A DNA stretch of 63,716 bases, filler included. It is 8 parts of 8 records of this genome, joined end to end, with 100 filler letters (N's around TTAATTAATTAA, not from the genome) between each part and the next. Parts side by side here need not be neighbours in the genome. Positions count along the whole stretch, not along the records: positions 28,503 to 34,109 come from SRR31147125_37131; positions 34,210 to 41,768 come from SRR31147125_37174; positions 41,869 to 49,131 come from SRR31147125_37207; 5 more parts are not named here. The stretch is one strand, 5' to 3'. The position numbers and the translations under genes were made by a program. The notes under the pieces were generated by a model. That model was not told where the DNA came from. It saw only the letters and a program-made list of their open reading frames with translations, and did no database searches. Numbering within the stretch: the stretch's first letter is position 1; each line of letters opens with the position of its first letter. Positions 32,775 through 43,689 of the stretch are shown piece by piece.

Positions 32775-34109
32775 CTATCTTCCAACCAAGCCTGTTCCGT
32801 TAATCAATTTATCTAAAGCCTCGTCTATCACAGTTATCATTCTTGATGATGCAGAATAGCTATGTTGATACTTAACAAGATTTGTCATCTCTTCATCTAA
32901 AGATACACCAGATATCGATTGTCGCCTGTCCTCTATGTTGTTTACAACAACTTCTTGTGCTTCATTCATATTCGAACTATATCCGCTATCTATAGCTATA
33001 TCTACAACTACACTCTCAATATAATCTTCAAAAGTTGCATTGTTTAATCCTGCAATATTAGTAGTAGTTAGTTCCAACAGATTTAATGCGTTTTTGTTGT
33101 TACCTTCATTTGTTGATGTTAAACTTAAGTCAATCTCCGTATCAGATGCCGCTATATTGTTAATATTTGCCAAAACTTCTGTCGAAACTTCAAAGTTTTC
33201 TGCTGTAACATCAGCTATACCACCTGCTGGCACTTCAAAAAAATCTATGCCAGTCTGTGATGTTGTTGACGAAGTTGCCATTGTCCATCCTGCCGAATGA
33301 ACTGTATTAAATTCTTGAGTCAGCTGTTGCGCCAATTCATTAAGATCTTCTAATATCTTTGGAATACCTGTATTATCACTAGTGTTCTCATCACGTAAAA
33401 ATCTATATCCTTCTAGTTCACCACCACTATATTGAAAAGCACTACCATCAGCGCTATATTCCAATGCGTAAAATCCAGTTTCACCAGAAACTACTCCATT
33501 AGGCCCTGCCACTACATCTATTTTATGAACATCCGTTGTAGTAACCAAGTCTTGACCTTCAACAGATACAAGAACGTTTCCGTCAGCATCCTCTTCATAT
33601 TCTATGTTAACAAGCTCTGAAAGCTGATCCAAAGCTAAGTTTCTTTTATCTCTTAAATCATTCGCTTTTTCTCCACCAAGCTCGTACGAAACTATTTTTT
33701 CATTGTAAGCAGCAATATCATCCAAATGCGCATTGATTTCTCCTGCTGTAACACTAAGGGATTCATTCATAACTTTCTGTATTTCCACTAACTGTTCATA
33801 AGTATGATTGATATTTTGTGTTAACTTAACTCCTTCTTGTTGAACAATCGTCCTCATTTCGCTACTTTCAGGGTTTTGCACAAGATCATTTAGCGAACCA
33901 TAAAAATCAGATAAAGATTCTGATATACTTGTGTCAGACATTTCATCCATAACAGTTTCAACATATTCCATTTCAGATGAAACAATCGACCAATATCCTT
34001 TATCTGCATTTTCTCTTCTTATTTCCTTATCAAGGTAAACACTTCTGATTTGCTCGATTTGCGCAGTATCTACACCGCCACCAACCTCGCCATTATAGTT
34101 TCCCAAAAA
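32775..34109 (-). CDS. flgK: Hook-associated protein FlgK (5' truncated)
   Basis: ANDLRDKR, SGGELEG, ISGVSLDEEMTNLVKYQHSY. Confidence 0.92.
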   Translation of the reverse strand, partial: FLGNYNGEVGGGVDTAQIEQIRSVYLDKEIRRENADKGYWSIVSSEMEYVETVMDEMSDTSISESLSDFYGSLNDLVQNPESSEMRTIVQQEGVKLTQNINHTYEQLVEIQKVMNESLSVTAGEINAHLDDIAAYNEKIVSYELGGEKANDLRDKRNLALDQLSELVNIEYEEDADGNVLVSVEGQDLVTTTDVHKIDVVAGPNGVVSGETGFYALEYSADGSAFQYSGGELEGYRFLRDENTSDNTGIPKILEDLNELAQQLTQEFNTVHSAGWTMATSSTTSQTGIDFFEVPAGGIADVTAENFEVSTEVLANINNIAASDTEIDLSLTSTNEGNNKNALNLLELTTTNIAGLNNATFEDYIESVVVDIAIDSGYSSNMNEAQEVVVNNIEDRRQSISGVSLDEEMTNLVKYQHSYSASSRMITVIDEALDKLINGTGLVGR

Positions 34110-34209
34110 NNNNNNNNNNNNNNNNNNNNNNNNNNNNNNNNNNNNNNNNNNNNTTAATTAATTAANNNNNNNNNNNNNNNNNNNNNNNNNNNNNNNNNNN
34201 NNNNNNNNN
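34110..34209. other. Artificial contig spacer
   Basis: N-run + TTAATTAATTAA + N-run. Confidence 0.97.
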
Positions 34210-34830
34210 CAAAAGTTCGATAATATTAGACTTTATATCTTTTCCATATGATCCGGCATCATCAGAAAGAAGAACGAAATCCCTTTTTCGATTTTTTATC
34301 GCTTCTTTGTATTGCTTTACTATCTTTTCGATTGGCTCGCTTTTTACATTTCCTTTTGCCTTTTTGATAAAACAATACGAACACGTAAACGAGCAACCTT
34401 GAGAAACAAGCAAATTTGCATCACCGATGCTTAAAACTTTTGGTGAATGAAATTTTTTATCGGCAGTAGTTGTTGAAACATCATCAAACCTGACTTCATT
34501 CATGAAAAGATTGTCGAATTCTTCTGTATCATATAGTGATAAATACAGAGTTTTTCCTAGTTCCCCACTAAGATCATACATGCCTGGGAAGCATCCGGTT
34601 ACAAGCAATTTCTGTCGAGAATTCTTAGTATTTTCAATGTGTTGAATCAACTCTCGCGTCGAATCTTCTCTGATTTTATCGAAAGAACAGGTCGAAATGA
34701 TTATCCAATTCGCCTCTTCGATATTCTCAACAAGAACATGTTGATTTTGCTCTAGATAAATTCTCCAGCGAGTCGCAAAATTTGCATTTAATTCGCATTG
34801 ATCGGAGGATGACAATAAGAAGACTTTCAT
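34210..34830 (-). CDS. Methylthiotransferase-like (UPF0004 N-domain) radical SAM protein (3' truncated)
   Basis: IISTCSF and VTGCFP (MTTase N-domain); GCSFTCSYC CxxxCxxC; DAGSYGKD. Confidence 0.75.
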
Positions 34831-34999
34831 AATTTCTCACTTATATTTTCACATAACAAGCTAAACTGCTTGCGTGTTGGCTAATTGAATTATATTATTA
34901 TTTCTAATTACTTTATTGTAGCAACATGCTTACACGAATGTCAATCAGCTTTCGCCTTTTGAAGCTCGATTGTTTAATAAATTTATAAAAAGTAGCAAA

Positions 35000-36787
35000 A
35001 TGAAGATTCTGTTAACCAAAATCGCTTCAAATAATAAAAAAAACATGCCAAATTACGGGCTTGCAGTGCTTGATTCTTATTTAACTGCATACACAAGCTG
35101 GCCCGTAGATGTGGCGGATACCTCAACATACGGACTTGATTTCGATGGATTCATCCAAAACGAGGTTATTCCGTCTTTATCAGAGGATCATCTTTTCGTT
35201 GGAATCAGTGCCAACACGGACGATTATATAGCCATGAAAGCTCTGTATAATCAGCTAGTTAGCCTTGATCGAGACAACCTTCACATCATCATTGGAGGCC
35301 CGCATCCAACTACAGAACCAGATGGTGTACGCGATTTTCCCTCTGCTGTTTTTGTGCAAGGCGAGGGTGAAAAAACACTAATCGAGGTCATAAAAGCGCA
35401 CATGAATGACCGCGATATGTCATTGATAGAGGGCATCTCTTACATAAAAAACACACAATTAAGGACCAACAAATCCCGTCGATTTTTAGCATCTGAAGAA
35501 ATCCCATCGGCACTATGGAGAAGAAAATCAGACCTTGAAAGCGACTTCAATCCGATCTTTTACATGGCGAAAAGAACCAAGCCAGCTTACACGGGAATTA
35601 TCATGTCTTCTCGTGGCTGCTCGAATAACTGCGCTTTTTGTCATAAAATATTCGGTCATAAAGTAAGACGTCGCCCTATTCCGAAGGTCATCAAGGAAAT
35701 CGAAGATGCAATCGAACTTGGAGCCACCGAGCTGGCTTTCAACGATGATCTTCTCATATCGGATCACAATCACTTCCACAAGTTGATGGATGAAATCGCC
35801 GCTATGGGGCATAACTTGCCAATATCATTATGGAATGGCGTTCGGGCAAACGTTGTCACTGAAACCGATATGAAAAAGATGTGGAATGCTGGAATTAAAC
35901 ATGTCATGGTTCCGCTTGAGAGTTCCTCTGTCAGATTGCAGAAAAAGATGAACAAGGGACTCGACCCAAAATCAATTAAGAACGCATGGAAAATGGCTGC
36001 TGATGTTGGCATGATGGTTCAAACCAACCTCATTTTCGGCTATCCAAGCGCAACAGAAGAAGAACTTGAGGCCGATATCGAATTTATTCTTGATGAAAAT
36101 ATGCACGGTGCAACAGTCGGCTTGCCTGCTCTTAATCCGGGACATGCCCTCTTCCATCAAGTCTGCGATTTCGATCCAAGTGTTGAAAATCACTGGTTAA
36201 ATTATACAAATATGGAAAAGAGATTCAGAAATTTCACAACTTGCTCGGATGACAAATTCAAGGATCTTTTAACCAGAGTTTTCGAGGCGTCTATAAAACG
36301 CCTTATTGATCCTGTTAGTTGTGAACGACTGAAGTATTTCGATCTGATTCCCAATCAAGAATTAGTTGACAAAGGTGTACGATTCCTTATCTATGACATG
36401 GATGGTGAAACGCTTCCCGATGCCGATGAATCGTTAGAATTATCAACAGCTTATAATACTCTCGACCCTGAAGAAACATTGCAGATTGAAAAATCGAAAA
36501 CTCTTTATAAAAAGCTTCAAAAAGCACTGCAAAAGCTGCCGAAAGACAAACTTCTGTTCAACACGTGGAATTACAAAGGAAACTCGGAATTGACCAACGG
36601 CTCGACCCTGATTCGTTTCGATTCGATAAAAGGTTCATTTGTGGAGTTTACCATCAATTCTGTTCAAACATTGGATTCCCAAACGCGCATCCTGACAATA
36701 GAAAACACCAGATCCGGCGATCAGAAATCATTCAATATTTTATCAGAATTGGTAGAGAAGATATTGAAGAAGATTAACCACACATAG
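35000..36787 (+). CDS. B12-binding-domain radical SAM protein
   Basis: GGPHPT, GEGE, SRGCSNNCAFC, IFGYP; extra C-terminal extension. Confidence 0.85.
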   Translation: MKILLTKIASNNKKNMPNYGLAVLDSYLTAYTSWPVDVADTSTYGLDFDGFIQNEVIPSLSEDHLFVGISANTDDYIAMKALYNQLVSLDRDNLHIIIGGPHPTTEPDGVRDFPSAVFVQGEGEKTLIEVIKAHMNDRDMSLIEGISYIKNTQLRTNKSRRFLASEEIPSALWRRKSDLESDFNPIFYMAKRTKPAYTGIIMSSRGCSNNCAFCHKIFGHKVRRRPIPKVIKEIEDAIELGATELAFNDDLLISDHNHFHKLMDEIAAMGHNLPISLWNGVRANVVTETDMKKMWNAGIKHVMVPLESSSVRLQKKMNKGLDPKSIKNAWKMAADVGMMVQTNLIFGYPSATEEELEADIEFILDENMHGATVGLPALNPGHALFHQVCDFDPSVENHWLNYTNMEKRFRNFTTCSDDKFKDLLTRVFEASIKRLIDPVSCERLKYFDLIPNQELVDKGVRFLIYDMDGETLPDADESLELSTAYNTLDPEETLQIEKSKTLYKKLQKALQKLPKDKLLFNTWNYKGNSELTNGSTLIRFDSIKGSFVEFTINSVQTLDSQTRILTIENTRSGDQKSFNILSELVEKILKKINHT

Positions 36788-36793
36788 TTGTTA

Positions 36794-37018
36794 TTACTTG
36801 GAACCTCCACGAACACAACGGACGTAGGGTAGATTTCCCGTTTTTTTATAGCTGCTAACAAAACCATCATTAAAATGGATAAACCAAGCACGATTCGACT
36901 CATCTGAAACTTTGGCTCCTCCACATGAATTACCGAGATGCCCTGCCCCATCAATAAAGACATCACAAGATGCGAGCAAAAACACAGAAACTATTGATAT
37001 TATTATATATTTTAGCAC
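36794..37018 (-). CDS. 74-aa mini-lipoprotein: signal peptide fused to a DUF1566-type C-terminal tail
   Basis: AGGAG RBS; LLASC lipobox; CDVFIDGAG matches CDVFVDGAG of the gene at 39271-40410; tail AWFIHFNDG...YVRCVRGG. Confidence 0.6.
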   Translation of the reverse strand: MLKYIIISIVSVFLLASCDVFIDGAGHLGNSCGGAKVSDESNRAWFIHFNDGFVSSYKKTGNLPYVRCVRGGSK

Positions 37019-37078
37019 ATTTGCTCCTGTAGTAGTCCCATCTTATTGTCCCAAACTAAAAAAGGCTTTACCCTATCA

Positions 37079-39270
37079 TTATTTGCCATATCCACCTCGA
37101 ACACAGCGGACAAAAACCTTTTTGCTCACATCGTCTCCATAAACCCGCCACAGCCATAATCCAATCCCCAGGCATAATCGTCCACATCCGAACGCTCCGA
37201 AAACGACCAATAATAATATCTTGCCCCACCAAGTGCGCTATTAAGATATTTCCCGGTTAAATTTGCATTTGATGGACACACACATTGGCTTTCAACATAG
37301 CATGATGTGTAATCAAGACACACCTTATCTGATCCAACACCACAGGCAGAACACTCTTGTTTGATTCTACATGCTCCATCATGTTTAATAGTTGTGCAAT
37401 TAACAACCAAAGTGCGAAGCTCTGTAATACTCGGTAATCGCCAATCTTCCCCCTCAAGAATCAAATCCTGACAATACAAAACAGCATCGTCCCAATTCAT
37501 TAAGACACTATTCGGATATTTCTGCCACTCCAAGCCTGTATTTGGGTCTTTCCAAACAGCATCATCAGGAGTTTCGCCTTCTTGACTATCGTTTTCAGCA
37601 GCATCGCCATCAGCAAAAATTGGATATACATCCAACTTGATTCCGTATTGATCGATGTAATCGTTATTACCTTTTTCTCGAACTCGGATATAGTATGAAC
37701 CAGCACTCAACACTTTAATAATTGAAGAATAGTTTTCAGTATGACTGTTGTCGTCAAACTCTATTGCCGACCCGCTGCTATCAATTAGCCACATCTCGGT
37801 ATCATCAGAAGATGCACCCGATGGATCAAAGGTATTTATGCTTACATGAGAATTCTCGGCAAGTGTGAATATCCAATAATCGTTATCACCTAAAGGGCAG
37901 ATTGTATGATTTTTTTGCTCGGTATTATGCTGTAAAACAGTTGGGGTGCCTGTAGCTTTATCATCATTTTCAAATGAATCGATAGAACAGACTTCCTCCT
38001 CTTCCTGTTCCTGCAAATCAGTAGTTTCAACGATATCATAATCAGGTTCATCCAGTTCCGGAAATTCCTCATCTCCATCAATTGCAACTTCTACTTCCTC
38101 ATCACCATCATATGAAGCAGGAAACACATTCAGCCTGATAGCATAGTTACAAATGGTATCATCCGATCCAAGGTCTTGTATTTGAACAAAATACTTTCCA
38201 GAATCGAGAGTTTTGGCAAGTCTTGAATACCTGTCATTGCCGCCATCATCATTATAGCTCGTGGAACCGCCAGGATATATTAGCCACATTTCGGTGTCAT
38301 CAGTATTTCTCTGCTGCGGATCGAAAGTAAATACTTCTATTTGTGACGGTTCGGTTAAAGTGAAGCTATAATAATCCACATCTTTAACGGGAGAAATGGA
38401 ATTATTTATTACATCGGTATTAAACGGAATAGGTGTAGCTTTGGCCTCGGTGTTATTCGGTTCGTTTTTATCGTCGTTGCAGTTTGCTGTAGTGTCGCTA
38501 TCGCTCTTATCTACTTCCGGGAAATCAAATTCCCAATCACCATCAATTACGATATCGCTTCGATAAATATTGACACCATATTCATCAATTGCTTTATTGC
38601 TACCTTTGCCTTTAACCTGCAAATAATACTTATCTGGTAAAAGTGCCTGCTTTATCGATGAATAATTGCCTCTGTCATGACTGTTATCATCGTAAGCAAC
38701 GACTTCTCCTTTGCTATTGTATAATCGAATTTCTGTATCGTCTTTCCAGATATCATTTGGATCGAACGTTTCGATTGTAACTTCTTTTGGGGATGAAGAA
38801 ACAACAAAGCTAAACCAGTCACTCTCACCTTCCGGACAAATCGAATGGCCGCGAATTGAAGAAGAGCCTATATATGTTGCTGCTGTATGGTTGTTATCAT
38901 CTGGCTCGTATTTGTCTGTCAAACAACCTGTTTCCGTTGTGTCGCCATCAACAGGTGGAATAATATCTTTTTCTACGGAATCTTGTTCTGCTGAATCGCT
39001 TTGGTCAAACAAGTCCATATCGAAATCATTTTTATCGATAATATCATCATCTTTATCAAAGTCTGTTTCGAGAAGGTCTCCATCAGAATTGCCGGAATCA
39101 ACACATTGTCCATCGATGCAGATGCCCTCGATGCAATATTTGCCATCTGCACCACCGCATGCTCCGCCAATATATCCAGCCGGATTTAGTTGAGATGTAC
39201 AAGATGTTATCAATAGTGAAAAAGAGATCACCAGCACTGTAAATTGATAAACCTTTATACTCATGAACAC
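37079..39270 (-). CDS. Lipoprotein with three PPC-like repeats and C-terminal DUF1566 (frameshift at ~37143)
   Basis: LLITSC lipobox; three repeats beginning DKYEPDD / DKNEPNN / DSFENDD, each with DDTE(I/M); acidic DGD linkers; TGLEWQ and WRLPSITEL; corrected end VFVRCVRGGYGK*. Confidence 0.8.
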
Positions 39271-40410
39271 CTATCTTTCAGTGCTTCTAACGCATCTTAC
39301 ATAGTGAGTATTTAACGGAGAAGCGGCTGTAATCCCGGCACTATAAAATCCCATTCGCCATCCTTGCTCACTAATAGAATCAATAGAAGATGACCAATAA
39401 GCGGAACATAATCCTTCAAATCGTTTGTCCCAGTAACATCCGGCATCCGGCCCTGAATTATCTGCACAAGTGGTTGGTTGGCAACTAGTTGTTGTATGGC
39501 ATTTATCTTTGTCTAGACATGCTGTTATCGGCCCCTCGCCACATGAAGAACAATTGTCTTGAACATTGCAAGCACCATAGATTGATATTTGAGTACATCC
39601 ACTAACGATAGTTCGGAGTTCGCTTATATTCGGTAATCTCCAACCACTACCTAAATCAGCACAGTGCGAAATCGCAGAGGACTGGTCATAAGTATTTGAA
39701 GAAACATTTAGTTGCCACTCAAAACCAGTATTAGTATCGACCCATGTTTGTGAAGCTGAATCAGTATCTGTTACATCGCCATCAGGACTTGTTGCATCTT
39801 CGCAAATACAAAAATCATATCCAAAACTGGAAACATAGCCGCAACCTTTGGAAACTTTGCTCAAATTGCTGCATGATGAAACACAATTGAAACCTTGCCA
39901 GGATCCATTTTGACAGCGACATGCATTTTCACCCATACAAAAACTTTTCAAGACTTTTTCATCACACGCCCCATCACAGCTTGCTGGCACATCCTTATCC
40001 TCATCTTTATCAATATCGATATCGCCATCAGGATTTGTCACAGTGTCACCATCCGGAACCGTAGTCGTATCATTATCTGTCAGATCTTTATCGGCAACAT
40101 CACCATCTGTACTGGAATATACGCATTTATTATCAGTGGGACTCCAAACCATTCCCGGAAGACAACTTTGCTCTGAAGAATCTCCATCAGGCAGAGTGTT
40201 TTCTGTATCACCGTCAGCCTTTTGGAATTCCATATCACCATCATTACTTGAATCGACACAAACGCCTTCGACACAAGTAAGTCCCTCAACGCATAGATTT
40301 TTGTATTCTCCTGCGCATTTTTCACCTTCTTGCCCTGCCCCATCCACAAAAACATCACAGGATACAACAAACATCATACAAACTGCTGATATCATTAAGT
40401 ATTTGAACAT
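39271..40410 (-). CDS. Cys-rich DUF1566 lipoprotein
   Basis: AGGAG RBS then MFKYL...VVSC; DGD repeats; TGFEWQ, WRLPNISEL, YWSSS, YVRCVR. Confidence 0.82.
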   Translation of the reverse strand: MFKYLMISAVCMMFVVSCDVFVDGAGQEGEKCAGEYKNLCVEGLTCVEGVCVDSSNDGDMEFQKADGDTENTLPDGDSSEQSCLPGMVWSPTDNKCVYSSTDGDVADKDLTDNDTTTVPDGDTVTNPDGDIDIDKDEDKDVPASCDGACDEKVLKSFCMGENACRCQNGSWQGFNCVSSCSNLSKVSKGCGYVSSFGYDFCICEDATSPDGDVTDTDSASQTWVDTNTGFEWQLNVSSNTYDQSSAISHCADLGSGWRLPNISELRTIVSGCTQISIYGACNVQDNCSSCGEGPITACLDKDKCHTTTSCQPTTCADNSGPDAGCYWDKRFEGLCSAYWSSSIDSISEQGWRMGFYSAGITAASPLNTHYVRCVRSTER

Positions 40411-40447
40411 ATCCACTCCTATTGAAAAAATCATGATAGATTTCAAT

Positions 40448-41524
40448 TTACCATTTTGTGCTTAAGGATACGAAAGCTCCCTTGCCATCAGGAGTGACAG
40501 TTGCAGTAACCTGATTATTCTCAGCCCACTCTTTATCACCAGGACTAAGAACCCAAAGAACAACACCGGTTACCATCAAAGCTCCACCAAGAGCAAAACC
40601 TGTATAACCAACACCCATCCACGTTTCGCTTGAATCTTCGGCATCTTTCATAGCTGCAAGCGTGGTAGCACTGGCTTTGTCATCAGAAGCAGCTTTGGAC
40701 ATACCAACACCCAAGCCACCAAGCACACCGGCTATTCCAAGACCTGACCAGAAGCTTACATGTCCCCACAATTTGTAAGGATTCATCGGATAGTCTTTTT
40801 CAAGCTCAAAAGTAACCGTCTTCTTTTTACCTGATTTGATAGTTACACTCTTTTCCTCATCTTTGTAACCTTCAGCCCATACATTGATTTTGTAATCACC
40901 AGGTTTTAGCTTCAACTTGTATGGTGTAGTACCTTTTTTATCTCCATCAAGTTTAACTTCTGCCATGTTGGGTTTCGATTTTACATACAAGATACCTTTT
41001 TTGATCTTTTTCTTTGGCTTTACAACCGCTTTGGCTGGAGCTTCCTCAACACCGAAAAGCTCTTTTACAACTTCAGGAATGGCCTCGATAAGATCATCCA
41101 CCGAACCCTTTATCTGACGGTTTCCACGAGAAACAACTTCGGCTGTACGAACATTAATACGTCTTAAAGTGATTATCCAATAGCTACCCATTTGTCCCAA
41201 ATCTCCGGAAATAGCTTCAGGAACACCGAGAGCGTTTCCAATTTCTGCAATACAGGAAGTATCTTCACTTCCACAATTCTGACGTGTTTTCTCACCTTTA
41301 AGAATGGTTCTGATCGCAGCTTCGGAAATGACTTTTCGCCCTGAATGCTTATCCACCAAAGAAGTCACCAAACTGGAAATAACAGTGACATCTTTATCGG
41401 ATACACCTTCACTGCTGGCAAGTCGCCAAACGACAATACCGTCTTTTTCCTCGGCAAAAAGAACAAGTGAATAGCATAGAATCAAAAGCACAGATATAGC
41501 AGTACAAACACGACGTAACATCAT
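40448..41524 (-). CDS. Secreted PEGA-domain protein
   Basis: Signal peptide; CxxxxxSCIAEIG N-domain; PEGA motif VKSKPNMAEVKLDG..GTTP; C-terminal hydrophobic helices. Confidence 0.8.
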   Translation of the reverse strand: MMLRRVCTAISVLLILCYSLVLFAEEKDGIVVWRLASSEGVSDKDVTVISSLVTSLVDKHSGRKVISEAAIRTILKGEKTRQNCGSEDTSCIAEIGNALGVPEAISGDLGQMGSYWIITLRRINVRTAEVVSRGNRQIKGSVDDLIEAIPEVVKELFGVEEAPAKAVVKPKKKIKKGILYVKSKPNMAEVKLDGDKKGTTPYKLKLKPGDYKINVWAEGYKDEEKSVTIKSGKKKTVTFELEKDYPMNPYKLWGHVSFWSGLGIAGVLGGLGVGMSKAASDDKASATTLAAMKDAEDSSETWMGVGYTGFALGGALMVTGVVLWVLSPGDKEWAENNQVTATVTPDGKGAFVSLSTKW

Positions 41525-41636
41525 TTATCCTTCCTCATGTTTATCAAAAGTTAGTGACTAAAAGGAATCTAGTATAATTGATGAAGGCTTGCAAGTATTT
41601 ACTTGTAATCCAGTTTCTTTTACACCAAAGTAAAAC

Positions 41637-41768
41637 TTAGGATTTCTTCAAAACTTCATCGAGAACAAAAGAAGCTACATCCTCGGCATATGTTCCTGAA
41701 CTGAATCCTGCATCGAACCCAAGTTCGATTGCCAATTTATGAGAGATTCTCGGACCTCCAACAATACA
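41637..41768 (-). CDS. kamE: 3' end of lysine 5,6-aminomutase beta subunit (B12-binding)
   Basis: Not in the ORF track; reads CIVGGPRISHKLAIELGFDAGFSSGTYAEDVASF...*, close to the KamE C-terminus. Confidence 0.7.
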   Translation of the reverse strand, partial: CIVGGPRISHKLAIELGFDAGFSSGTYAEDVASFVLDEVLKKS

Positions 41769-41868
41769 NNNNNNNNNNNNNNNNNNNNNNNNNNNNNNNN
41801 NNNNNNNNNNNNTTAATTAATTAANNNNNNNNNNNNNNNNNNNNNNNNNNNNNNNNNNNNNNNNNNNN
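41769..41868. other. Artificial contig spacer
   Basis: N-run + TTAATTAATTAA + N-run. Confidence 0.97.
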
Positions 41869-42065
41869 TTTTTCAGCAAACTGCAATTGGGTAATTTTTG
41901 ATACAATCCCGATCTTCCATTGGCGGGATGACAATGATCATCTATGAAGGGTGCTTCAAGATTTGCAATATTAAGATCAGTACTTTGAAGAATATCCAAG
42001 AGCTTGGGATCGATCCCGAATTCTTCTGTCTGAACAAAATCGCCAAGAATGGCAAGTCGGATCAT
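41869..42065 (-). CDS. CapA-family metallophosphoesterase (3' truncated)
   Basis: ILGDF and NIANLEAP N-terminal motifs. Confidence 0.7.
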
Positions 42066-43686
42066 GATCTCATTTCCTTATAAACTCTTGAAACCGCATC
42101 AAAGAATTTTATGTAAGTCGGTTTTGCTTTTAAATTAGGGTGACGGATCAATTCCGGATCCATAAATTCCGGTAATTCCATATCACCGTATATTTTATAC
42201 CAGTCAATATCCTGGTCCCATTGAGTCCTTGTTTCTGAATTTCGGACATATTTTGAGATCTTATTTTTCAACTTATTACCGTATTCAGCAAAAAAGGCGC
42301 TTCCCACTTTACGGATCTTTCCTTTTGGTTTAGCCCTTTCTATTCGGATCAATTCGGGATGGTGACGATACAGGTATTTGATCTGCGTATTGGTATAAAG
42401 TCGCTTGTTGATCAGTAATTTAACCGGCAGTTCCAGGAAAAAATCGATGAGCTTATAATCAAAGAATGGCAGGATCAAATGACCGTGAGCATTCTTTTCA
42501 TTTAGAACGGATCTCATTAAATAACGCCGGATATCGTGTTCTGTAAACCAGCGCACATAGTTGGAGATCACATCCGCGTCATCGGGAAATGTATCATTTA
42601 TGGCATGGTGAATATAGTGTTTGTATTTATCATCTTCGGCAAAGGCTTTCACCATGGGCGCACTGCGTTGATCAAGAATATAGTTGATCGCATCATCATT
42701 GTTCTTCCAGGATAACATTCGATAGCGGATCAGGCTTCCTCCCAGGAAGTCACCGCTGAAACCCGGCATGATCACCTTGCATTGATCTTTGATCGTGGCA
42801 TAATGATCCAGATACATCTGCCCAAAGTAGCCTGAAGTAAGCCGATTGCAGTGGTTCTCCGATTCCGCCAGTTTTGCCAGGCTGTCCTCGTTTAAATATT
42901 CAAGATGATGGCCTGCGGAATGATGAAGCTCTTCAACGACTTTGATCGCCGCGCCAACCTCGTCATAATTCTTGGACGAACCAAAGGTCATTGCATAGAC
43001 TGCGACGCCGTGCTTATCAAATTCACCGGCAAGCAGACGGCTATCCAAGCCACCGGACATAGGAATGTAGCAGGCATTACCCAGTCGTTTGACTCCATCC
43101 GCGTAAATACTCAGCTGATCTTGCCATAATTTAGCGAATTCCTTTTCTTTTTCCTTTTCATTCGCGGGTTTGAATTCGTAACGAAGCTGCCAATAAGAAT
43201 GTATGGATCTTTTAATTTGCCGTTATGATAGCTAAAACGTTCTATGCTGTGGGGCGGAAGATCATTCACGCCCTCGACTAAGGTTTTATCACCGAGAACA
43301 TAGCCGAACGAGGCCATTTCAAAAGCGCTTTGCCTGCTTAGTTGTTTTTGTCCATAGGGAAGTAATTTTTTCCACTCATCCGAAATAAAAATTTCTTCGT
43401 TCTTTTCTGCCTTGAATAAGGGATATGTCCCCCAGCGATCATTCGCCAGGATCAATTCATGTTTAATGGGATCATAGATCAATATTTGCCAACACCCGTT
43501 GTATTCCGGAACGGCCAGATCAAAGTTTTCTTTTTCATAATCTGACTTAATAAAGTCCCGACATTCATTATCTACGTAAAGCTTATTTTTGTGAATAATG
43601 TAACCACGGATAAAAATAAAAGGCTCTTTGTCTGCCCGAATATTATTATCAATTTTACAGGTGTTCTTTAGAAATTCAAGTAACAC
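42062..43686 (-). CDS. Asparagine-synthase-related amidotransferase (frameshift at ~43210)
   Basis: LANDRWGTYPLF (GATase-like), MSGGLDSR (PP-loop), GFSGDFLGG, LPFFDYKLIDF; halves joined by YWQLRYEF...YIPMSGG. Confidence 0.8.
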
Positions 43687-43689
43687 GAT

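Noticed and set aside
36794..40410. Diversity-generating retroelement targeting the DUF1566 tails, with the mini-ORF as template repeat
   Set aside because: No reverse transcriptase on the contig, and the tails differ at all base types rather than only at adenines.
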